Shown here piece by piece: positions 55,858 to 64,000 of a stretch of DNA of 64,000 nucleotides. The stretch spans positions 272-64,271 of the IMG/VR virus record IMGVR_UViG_3300002171_000008, one strand, 5' to 3'. A model generated the notes under the pieces. The model was given only the letters and a program-made list of their open reading frames with translations. It did no database searches and was not told the DNA's origin. Source of the DNA: a virus (Duplodnaviria; Caudoviricetes). Position numbers and translations under genes: made by a program. How positions within the stretch are numbered: position 1 is the first letter of the stretch; each line of letters opens with the position of its first letter.

Positions 55858-56136
55858 ATGAACGGTGAATGGAATAAGATCGATCGGGAAGTAATAGACA
55901 TCATCTATAAGCGGCCCGATCAGGTACTTGACGGATTGCGGCAATTCGCAGTGGCCACCGCGGAGCAACGATATAAGGCGGCTAGAAATCTGGACGGACG
56001 CCCTGACCATCGAGCGCAACGATGGCACTCAATTCAGCACTTAGAGGGCACGATTCAAAATCTCGTGCTGAAATTGCATGAATTGAATTCTATTTCCCAA
56101 ATTCTGAGCGTGGAGGTGAAATCAAAATCTGCCTAG
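55858..56136 (+). CDS. Hypothetical protein
   Basis: ORF track, GAAGGT SD. Confidence 0.55.
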   Translation: MNGEWNKIDREVIDIIYKRPDQVLDGLRQFAVATAEQRYKAARNLDGRPDHRAQRWHSIQHLEGTIQNLVLKLHELNSISQILSVEVKSKSA

Positions 56137-56161
56137 GGCCATCGTTCATATCTTCCTTTGG

Positions 56162-56211
56162 AAGCGATAGGTGGAAAGGCCACATACCCGGTTCGACTCC
56201 GGCTATTGCTT
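56162..56211 (+). ncRNA. Mini tRNA-like element (acceptor-like stem plus T-arm, no anticodon arm)
   Basis: AAGCGATAG/CTATTGCTT, GTGG/CCAC, CCGG-TTCGACT-CCGG. Confidence 0.45.
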
Positions 56212-56220
56212 TTCACGTAG

Positions 56221-56625
56221 GTGATTCAAATGAGACAAGAACGAATAGAAGGATCTGATAGTGTAATGCAAATGATAATGAAACTGAGTGATGGCAATCC
56301 AGGCGCGTTGACGGTGTGCATGAATGCATTCCAGAACAGCTCGACAATTGATCCCATCGGTGCATTGGGCGGGTTGGCCCCAATGCTTGCCATGGATACC
56401 GTGGGCATCTACGGGCCGCGTATCTGGATGCTCTACAAGGACGTTTGCGGCGAGAGGCTGCCGTACTTCCTGGCAATGCTCAGAGGGTGGCAATTGGGCC
56501 TCTTGTCGGAAGCTGCCCTGAACACTGCCATAGACAACTATGGAAAGGGCATCGACGTAGATGGGATTGCCGCGAAGGTCTGCGAACGAATACCAGAGTT
56601 CCAAATAGATTGGAAAGCAACATAA
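56221..56625 (+). CDS. Conserved viral hypothetical protein (SDGNPGA...GIYGPRIW.LYKD family)
   Basis: Motif recognition. Confidence 0.65.
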   Translation: MIQMRQERIEGSDSVMQMIMKLSDGNPGALTVCMNAFQNSSTIDPIGALGGLAPMLAMDTVGIYGPRIWMLYKDVCGERLPYFLAMLRGWQLGLLSEAALNTAIDNYGKGIDVDGIAAKVCERIPEFQIDWKAT

Positions 56626-56805
56626 CCCACATCTGGCGGTCGCGCGTCTCGCTGTATTCGCGGGGCCGTCTTTTGCCATGTCCTATCCCCATAGGCTGGC
56701 ATATTTCCCGGCGAATATCGAGAGGTCACTGTTCGCCGGGGCCGTTTTTTAGAAAGCGAAACATATAAATAGTGTTAATTACATGATATAGGTGGAGGTT
56801 GAAAC

Positions 56806-57426
56806 ATGACAGAATTTAAAGTGGGCGACCGTGTAAAGGTTACGCGGTCATTTAGGACAAACGAAGGGAAAGATCGTCTGACGTGGTCGACCTACATGGA
56901 GAAATATGTGGGCAGTGAGCAGGTGATCACGGAAACCAACGAATGTGGTCACGTTCAACTCGATTGTGGATGGTGGTTCTATCCATTCGTCCTCGAGCAC
57001 GTCGACAAGCGACCTGTTGCCAGAATCTTATTCGAAAAGATCCTGGTAAATGGAACCAAATGCCGCAAAATAATGGGATTCGAAGGCATATTGGGGAGAG
57101 ATGCACTGCCCGAAAAGTATCTGGATGGCACCCCCGCATTTTGGTTCGATTCTGACTGTGGTGGCAGGCACGTTTTTCGAGATAGGCGTTTCTGTTGGGA
57201 GAACTCGGGTGATTGGCGCGGCAATGGCATTCGAATGTACTTGCTGCCCGGTGTTGACGTAGACGTTGGACACTTCGGATTCGCTGGAATTCAGGAAGGA
57301 TCGGTCTGGCCCGAAACTACTTATCAGGAATTACTCACCTGGTGCAAGCGGGCCGGTTCCCGTCTAGCCAAAATCCGGCAGCAAGAACGAGAGGCCTGGT
57401 CGGGCACCGGGGCCGATGAGATATGA
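56806..57426 (+). CDS. SH3/KOW-containing hypothetical protein
   Basis: FKVGDRVKV N-terminus. Confidence 0.6.
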   Translation: MTEFKVGDRVKVTRSFRTNEGKDRLTWSTYMEKYVGSEQVITETNECGHVQLDCGWWFYPFVLEHVDKRPVARILFEKILVNGTKCRKIMGFEGILGRDALPEKYLDGTPAFWFDSDCGGRHVFRDRRFCWENSGDWRGNGIRMYLLPGVDVDVGHFGFAGIQEGSVWPETTYQELLTWCKRAGSRLAKIRQQEREAWSGTGADEI

Positions 57427-57581
57427 TCAAGAATGATATCCGCCGGGTCCAAAAGCATGGGCTCGGCAGCGTAGCAGTAACGCTTCCAAAAGATTATTGT
57501 GAAGCGAACGGGATCACGGAGGGAACTGCATTGCGATTTACTGAGCAGCCAGGTGGCTTGCTCATAACGAAGGTGGAATGA
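57423..57581 (+). CDS. AbrB/MazE-type DNA-binding protein
   Basis: Hand translation RRVQKHGLGSVAVTLPKDYCEANGITEG. Confidence 0.7.
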   Translation: MIKNDIRRVQKHGLGSVAVTLPKDYCEANGITEGTALRFTEQPGGLLITKVE

Positions 57582-57793
57582 TGGAAGAAGAATTCTTGAA
57601 GAAGTTTGTGGGGAAAGACGTTGGTATTGTCCCATTTGGCGGATCACTGAATACAGGTATCCGGGGCAAAGTGGTGTCTGTGGATAATGCCATCTTGCAT
57701 CTGATGGGTGATGGTGACGACGCTGCATTCATCGACGCTGATGGGATAATGGCAATACTCCTATGCAGTGAGGTGGTCCCAGATGAAAATTGA
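57578..57793 (+). CDS. Sm/LSm-like small beta-barrel protein
   Basis: FVGKDVGI...IRGKVVSVDNAILHL...FIDADGIMAI. Confidence 0.55.
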   Translation: MMEEEFLKKFVGKDVGIVPFGGSLNTGIRGKVVSVDNAILHLMGDGDDAAFIDADGIMAILLCSEVVPDEN

Positions 57794-58280
57794 AGATATC
57801 AGGTTAGGCATGCCCTTGGTCACATCTGGCGGCCTGCATGGCCAGGTGGTCGCGATCGAAAAGGAGGGCGGCCTGTGGCTGGAGACGGCGAATAGAACGA
57901 GGTTTCCGGTGCATGTGGAATGTGTAGAAGAAGTTAGGGATCTCCAGTGGACGGTTGCGCCACTGTTGAAGATTGGAGATAAAGTTTGCTTGCATGGAAA
58001 AATAAAAACCGTGGTTGGCTGCTCTGATTCGGAAGATTGGTGGAAGCCGCTTTCTGGCGTGGCCAAATGCTACAAGCAAGTAGAACCAGAGCAATTGCTC
58101 CTATCCGAGGATGCAGAGATTGTCTGTGAATTTGTGAGAGCCAATGGGTCAACGACTTCATATGAGATCTCCGAGCGGCTGCACATGTTTGAACGGCGCG
58201 TCTTTAAGAGCTTGATCGAGGCGAAAGAGGCCGGAATTGTAAGGTTAGATGACGGTAAATATAGCATAGTGAGGGATTGA
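57768..58280 (+). CDS. Tandem SH3-like domains plus C-terminal wHTH
   Basis: IRLGMPLV, LKIGDKV, TTSYEISERL; likely start ATG 57784. Confidence 0.55.
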   Translation: MRWSQMKIEDIRLGMPLVTSGGLHGQVVAIEKEGGLWLETANRTRFPVHVECVEEVRDLQWTVAPLLKIGDKVCLHGKIKTVVGCSDSEDWWKPLSGVAKCYKQVEPEQLLLSEDAEIVCEFVRANGSTTSYEISERLHMFERRVFKSLIEAKEAGIVRLDDGKYSIVRD

Positions 58281-58501
58281 ACATGGATTTCGAAGACGTA
58301 AAAGTCGGCCAAATGGTAAAGGTCGTTGCCGATCGTGGCAGCGATGCTGCCGTATATGCGGACTGCATAGGAAAATGCTATTCGGTGGTCGAAATGGGTG
58401 GCTTCGGCCCATTCGATCATACCATTGGCCTAAACGTGCCTGGTGCCGAGGGCATGAATGGGTTGCGCTGGTACATGCCAGAAGAATTGGAGGCGACCTA
58501 A
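58277..58501 (+). CDS. Small SH3/KOW-like protein
   Basis: VKVGQMVKV. Confidence 0.55.
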   Translation: MNMDFEDVKVGQMVKVVADRGSDAAVYADCIGKCYSVVEMGGFGPFDHTIGLNVPGAEGMNGLRWYMPEELEAT

Positions 58502-58651
58502 TGTTAGCAAAATGCGATTGCAAAAATGCATATCAGGACGCCCATTATGGCCCGGGCGTCAGGGTACACAATCTGATGAAGGCGGCAAAAGCAGATAGCA
58601 CCGCGAAGCAGGGGCGATGTGTAGTATGTGGGAAAGAGAGGATGATCTAGC

Positions 58652-58855
58652 ATGGTAGAAATGCGAAAGTATCATATAGAATTCATCTTAGAAATTGATA
58701 AAGAAGACGATCCTGCGAATACATTTCGATCAGTGGCCACCGACAAAGGATTGAGTGCCGTGGCTGCATATGCAGAATCTATGATGAGCATAGAAGGCCA
58801 ACGGGTCCTTCGCGTGCATCACGTCACAGACCAGGGACCTATTGTGGTGATCTAA
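58652..58855 (+). CDS. Hypothetical protein
   Basis: ORF track. Confidence 0.5.
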   Translation: MVEMRKYHIEFILEIDKEDDPANTFRSVATDKGLSAVAAYAESMMSIEGQRVLRVHHVTDQGPIVVI

Positions 58856-59179
58856 ATGGTAAAGAAAATCAAGGAAATTGCTGAGAGGAGGGCTATACTC
58901 TCTGAAATATTCAAACTCAGAAACCGGGCAGTTAGAGCACTCGATGACGACAACGAGGACGCCTATAATGTGGCTGTTGATGAGCTGAGTGATGCTATTG
59001 TCCGGTTGGGGGCGATCTAAATGGTAAGTGATGATATCGATATCGTTTTCCGAGTAGATCTTTTCGGGGATTTCCTCGCACAATTATCCGACGAAGGACT
59101 GAGCAATCTACGTGCCGCAATTGCGGCTGAGGATTGCAGGCGAATTAAAATCAAAGACCAATTTCCGGAGCTGAGATAA

Positions 59180-60043
59180 ATGGTAACATTGCGCAAACAA
59201 GTATTAGTCGACGCCGCAAAAACCTATGCGGCAAATGCAGGAAAAGAAGTATCGATCAATGATGCGGGCGGCATATGTCTGCAACCAGGTGATATCCTAA
59301 TCTCATGTGTGGATGGAAAGCTGGAATGCAATGATCAGGTTACGAAGGAAGCCTTGGCTGAAATCATCATGGAGATGCCACAAGAGCCTCATGTAATGCG
59401 GTCGCCCGAAAGTAAGACAATCGCACCACATATGCCGAAAAAGTCCAATGGTGGGCAAATGAAGCCCGTTTCCGGGGCAATCCGAGATGTCCAAGTGGCC
59501 GAAATGACTTTTGACGACATCAGGAACTTCCTCTGCCCGGCGGCAAACGACAAAGACACGTTCATGTTCCTGAAATTATGTCAGGCTAGGAATTTAAACC
59601 CGTTCTGCAATGAGGCCTACCTGATCCCATATGAAGACAAGAAGTCTGGAGAGATTCGATGCTCTATGGTGGTAGGAAAGGAAGCCTTCATGCGGAAAGC
59701 AGAGGCAAACCCGCAATACCGGGGCTTCAAGGCCGGCATTATCATTTCCAAAGGCGATGAGCTGACCTACCGTGAGGGCACATTCCAGCGAAAGGGCGAA
59801 ACCCTGGAGGGCGGATGGTGCGAAGTCTACCGGGCAGATCGCGATGAGCCAATTAGGTCAGAAGTCTCATTGGTCGAATATGACAAGGGCTTTGGGCTAT
59901 GGGGTCAGGGTAAGAAAGCAACCATGATCAGAAAGGTAAGTGTAGTCCAGGCGCACAGAGAAGGATTTCCGACCGATCTATCCGGGTGCTATGACAGAGA
60001 TGAGTTGGGCATTGATCCATCTAATGAGGTGTCGTCTACATGA
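59180..60043 (+). CDS. bet: Bet/RecT-family single-strand annealing protein
   Basis: FLKLCQARNLNPF..EAYLI, GGWCEVYR, MIRKV..VQAHREGFP. Confidence 0.9.
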   Translation: MVTLRKQVLVDAAKTYAANAGKEVSINDAGGICLQPGDILISCVDGKLECNDQVTKEALAEIIMEMPQEPHVMRSPESKTIAPHMPKKSNGGQMKPVSGAIRDVQVAEMTFDDIRNFLCPAANDKDTFMFLKLCQARNLNPFCNEAYLIPYEDKKSGEIRCSMVVGKEAFMRKAEANPQYRGFKAGIIISKGDELTYREGTFQRKGETLEGGWCEVYRADRDEPIRSEVSLVEYDKGFGLWGQGKKATMIRKVSVVQAHREGFPTDLSGCYDRDELGIDPSNEVSST

Positions 60044-61573
60044 GAGTCAAATGCCCAACATGTGACGGATTCTGCAAGGTCCGGGATGAGCACATTGTGT
60101 ACCCGGCACCATATGAGCGTGCGAATTCCCCGCTCGTGGTTTGTGAAACGTGTGGCGGTAATGGGTGGGTGGACCAATGACGCCTCCCATTTTTCACCTA
60201 GATGACGAAGTGGAAACGGCCAACGGAACGCGATTCGAGATATCGCAGATCTGGAAGAGAAAAGACGGCTCTTTCTGGTATGCACGCGAAGGAATGTGCT
60301 ATCATCCTGCCAGCTCCCTTCGATTGGTGGAAGAGCTAAAGATATGCGATTATGTGCAAATTGTTGGCCTATCCACGAGCGGTGATGCTAACTTTCCCGG
60401 TACAATCGGGCAAATCGAGCGAACTGTGGGCACCAAATTCATAGTCGATAAATCTCCATATTTCTATCCACCAGAGAGCCTGCGAAAGCTCACTCCGGAA
60501 GAAGTGCAAGCCCATCGGAATCCCGGAAAACCTACATACGAATATCCAATCACACCAGCAAAAGATTTTGATGATTTGACTCTCAGAGACATTGCCCGGA
60601 TGTCTGGCATCTGCAAAAACGAGCATGGTGTCTGGATAAGTACTTTACTTGGAAGGGCACATAAAAACGAGGAGCGGCTATCTGCCATCGAGAAGCAACT
60701 GGAAGAGCAACAGGAAAAGATCGGTCAATTCAATGGAGAGATCGGCCACTTGATCGGATCAATTCAAGAATGTCTGATAGAAGCCGGGAATGTCGAAGCA
60801 AGGACGAAATGCCGCGAAATGGAGATCGAGAAACGCCTTGCCTTTGTCGAAAAAATCCAACGCGACCAAGACGACCTGATAGGCCGCGCAATTCGGGACG
60901 GAGTGGTTGAGATACTGGATTTTAGGAGGAAAGCATGAACCAGATACTCTTCTCCCATTTTTATTCCAAGTTCCCTCGTGATTACCAATATTCCAAGCTA
61001 CTTCAGGTACTACCTATCCAGCTTGCAGAGCTATCCCCGGAATTTAGGCGATACGATACGACTTATCTCGATGGTGGAGAAGAAAAACAATATCCTCTGC
61101 CAGCCAAAGGCAACTATATGCTCCTCCTATTGCAGGGCGGATCTGGTCATGGGAAGCTGTGGACTACCATTAGGTCGCAGACAGGAAAGGGTGGCTTGGA
61201 CAAAATGACATATTACAAGTCTCTTGTGGGTGAAATATTTGAGTGCGATGTGGTAGAATGACCTGGACAGATGAAGACGTTGTATTGATCGCCGGGATCG
61301 CTGGCATAATCGTGGCAGCATGCGTCGCTTACATGCTCGGTTACTGGGATGGCTATCATGCTATCTGTGTGGGAGGGCAACCATGAACGATGAGTTCTAT
61401 CTATCCAGAAAAGAGTTCGCTGCAATGCAAAGTTTCATGGGAGGGCATGACCATGATAGATTGTTCTGATTGCCCGGACCTGAAATGCGAATATTCCCTG
61501 AACCTGATCTGGTATTGCAAACATGATGCGGCGCACACGAGTTGTAACAAGATGCTAATGCCGGGGGGAAAGG

Positions 61574-62332
61574 ATGCACGAAAAAATAAAATGTTGCATG
61601 GCTCCTGGTGAAGCCTCCCGTGAACAGGATTTGCGGATTGCGCTTTCACATGATCCGCGATTCGAGCCGCTACAGATCGATTCATCCATTCCGGTAGATG
61701 TCCAGTTTACAGGAACTCCCCGATACATCGGGCACGATCTCATGGGAGATGAATATGTTGTAAATATATTTAACTGTGAATTAAAAGAATGTTCCGACTA
61801 CATTTCATCCGCATTAGGAAAAGATGGTCACCTATATTGTCAGCATCTATCCATGAGGGAATCCGGCCATCCCGCGATGATCCTGGTTCTTGGTAGCGAC
61901 CTAGATGTCTCAAATGCAATCATAGACTCATTGCAGACCAGGTATAGAGGAAAAGAGCTTGCATTCCAGATTAGCAACTATGAAGCCAGATTGCAGGACT
62001 TCGAAGCTAGGTCGTTTGCTAACGGAATTCCTGTCATGAGGTGGAAGGCTCATCCATTTAGCCGGTTGCTCTCAACCGCGGCTCAGGTGTTGGGCGATCC
62101 ATCCATGATGGGGTATGGCCCGAAGCCTGCAAATGGAGAACGGGATTTGGTGGCGGCAAGCCTGTTATTTCGCGGTATAGGGGCGAAAACACTGGAGCCA
62201 GTCATGTCAGAATATCGGCTTGCTCTTGTGCCGAAGGGCGAATATGCCAGGCAGCCGCTAGACATGGATGGCATAGGACCGAAGAGGGCAAAGCTGATTG
62301 AAGAGAGAATAGTGATGCATTATGTCAGATGA
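61574..62332 (+). CDS. ERCC4-like nuclease (duplicate of 1874-2632)
   Basis: Identical translation. Confidence 0.65.
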   Translation: MHEKIKCCMAPGEASREQDLRIALSHDPRFEPLQIDSSIPVDVQFTGTPRYIGHDLMGDEYVVNIFNCELKECSDYISSALGKDGHLYCQHLSMRESGHPAMILVLGSDLDVSNAIIDSLQTRYRGKELAFQISNYEARLQDFEARSFANGIPVMRWKAHPFSRLLSTAAQVLGDPSMMGYGPKPANGERDLVAASLLFRGIGAKTLEPVMSEYRLALVPKGEYARQPLDMDGIGPKRAKLIEERIVMHYVR

Positions 62333-63484
62333 TAACAAGCCGGGTTGGGATGGTGTATAAATGATTATATACAAATATCAATTGGTATTGGTAGAATCTC
62401 AATATGTGGCAATGCCAGAGGGCGCCAATGTTTTGTCAGTCGGATTGCAGAACGGAATTATTACCATTTGGGCCAAAGTTAACCCCAACAATCCGAGCAT
62501 TGCGTACGCATTTTATATTGTGGGCACCGGCGGCGAAGTGCCTGGCAACACTGAATTTATAGGAACTGTGATGCAAGATAGATTCGTCTGGCATGTATTT
62601 CAGGGGCAATCTACTTGAGTCCAATTGATAAGCTGGTTGGGAAATCTGCATTGGATAGATTCTCTACGTTGATTACGATTTTCCTCGCTGGATTAAGTTT
62701 CGGCATTGGATTCTGGTTGGCGTATAGGTGGGTTGCATGAATACCGAAACTGAATTCCTCCTGCTATATGTGGGCAGCTTGGTAGTTATATTTTTCATAG
62801 GATTTGCATTGGGGCGGTATCTGTGAAAAAATCTGAGCTAGAGGTCACAATCGATGCATTGCGAAAAGAAAACAACAACCTAATTACAGAACTGCTAACC
62901 TTCCAGCCAAAAGCAATCGCCCTGATCAGAGAACGAGATATGATCTTTGACAAAGCCCCATTTCACAAGCCAACCAATGCGGCAGAAGAGTGGCAGGATC
63001 TGGCATTTTGGCTATATACCTATATATGCGAAATGGATTCGCTATGTAGGAACTCAATTGAGGAGGATGAATCGTGTTGTGCTTGAAATGTCGGCGCTAT
63101 TGGGTGTATTTGGATCACCCAAACGTGTGCCCGGATTGTGGCGGGCCATTGGGAAAGAAAGAATTGGTCACGCGGATACGGATTAGGTGGTTAATATGAT
63201 AGAGCCCACTTCCAGATTATTGCATTCCATCGAAAAAGACAACCAGACCCCCGAGCTACGGACCCTCATCTTGCAAAAAGAGATTGCTCAGGTGGGCTAT
63301 AGGTTGGTCAGATGCCATAGGACGCCACAGGACGCGGCCATATATATGGCTGATATCGGGCTTGAAATCGGTCACGCAATGGTACAGCTCGAAATGCTGG
63401 CATTGGATCTCGGATTGGCGCCGGAAGACTGCAAGCAATTGGGATTAGCAACTACCTGGCAACGTTTCAAGGAGTTTTGGCCAA

Positions 63485-63883
63485 ATGATGATTAATTATG
63501 GCGGTTGTGTCCCCCTATCATGCATCGACTATCCAGGCTTCGCCGCAATGACAATATTTTTACGAGGTTGTCATGTGCACTGCCCCGGCTGTCACAACAA
63601 ACATCTGTGGGAAGGCAGCGATATGCGGGATGAGAGCGAAATTTTCCAAATGATAGACTCGGCAGGTGACATGATAAGTGCGGTCGTCATCAGTGGCGGA
63701 GAGCCACTTGAGCAGCCGGATGCAATCAGGTCCATTTCACAGTATGCTCATGGAAAGGGCTTGCTTGTCGGTCTGCATACCAGTGGGCGCGGTGATCTGG
63801 CAGATGTGATCGAGTGCGCCGATATGATCCTATTATCGCGACCGGAACGGCAACCCTGGAATGCGGGGGAACCTACATGCTAA
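63485..63883 (+). CDS. nrdG: NrdG-like radical-SAM protein (duplicate of 3785-4183)
   Basis: Identical translation. Confidence 0.75.
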   Translation: MMINYGGCVPLSCIDYPGFAAMTIFLRGCHVHCPGCHNKHLWEGSDMRDESEIFQMIDSAGDMISAVVISGGEPLEQPDAIRSISQYAHGKGLLVGLHTSGRGDLADVIECADMILLSRPERQPWNAGEPTC

Positions 63884-64000
63884 ATCATGGCAGTCGTCCC
63901 GCCACCAAGCACAAAGGTCACAAGCAGGCTAGTAAGGAAATATCGAGGTGAATTGTAGATGAATAGAGATGAGTTTCGCCGCACAATAGCGGCGGCTGGG

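Larger units (their letters stand above)
59701..64000. repeat. Second copy of 1-4300 (includes copies of the ORFs at 60040, 60177, 60935, 61574, 62361, 62823, 63187, 63485)
   Basis: Identical sequence lines and translations. Confidence 0.97.

Noticed and set aside
56162-56211. Functional tRNA gene
   Set aside because: No D arm or anticodon arm and only a 4-bp T stem.
59701-64000. 4.3-kb direct terminal repeat as a biological DTR
   Set aside because: It ends exactly at the window edge and starts mid-gene (Bet); best explained by the window wrapping round a circular 59.7-kb sequence. Read mapping would be needed to claim real termini.

Overview
The window holds one complete, circularly mapping ~59,700-bp genome of a tailed (HK97-fold, siphovirus-like) virus. 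Positions 1-4300 recur at 59701-64000, most likely because the window wraps round the circle. The host is inferred to be an archaeon, probably an S-layer- or sheath-bearing methanogen. Support for this is a virus-encoded PCNA, BRE/TATA-type promoters, T-tract terminators, GGTGA/GGAG Shine-Dalgarno sites, AbrB/RHH/Zn-ribbon regulators, and no recognisable peptidoglycan hydrolase. Modules: packaging and head (7.4-15.5 kb); adhesin-like beta-helix proteins and a holin-metacaspase cassette (15.5-20.6 kb); neck and tail genes interrupted by antisense islands (22-40.7 kb); PCNA, two DNA methyltransferases, MazG and a primase-helicase (43.5-52.1 kb); early and recombination genes (Bet, ERCC4-like nuclease, NrdG-like). 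No integrase, DNA polymerase, reverse transcriptase or canonical CRISPR array was recognised. The stand-out element is a self-contained cassette at ~4.8-6.4 kb. It has a promoter, a ~400-nt non-coding array of nine units built from GKY-NN pentamers and separated by GGCA, a stand-alone Cas7/RAMP-like gene, a translationally coupled partner gene and a terminator. It is a candidate RNA-guided system in which variable dinucleotides form a discontinuous code. It resembles what I recall of VIPR-type viral GGY-NN systems (unverified recollection), but here with a GTY-dominated scaffold in an archaeal virus. All family assignments come from motif recognition by eye, not database searches.
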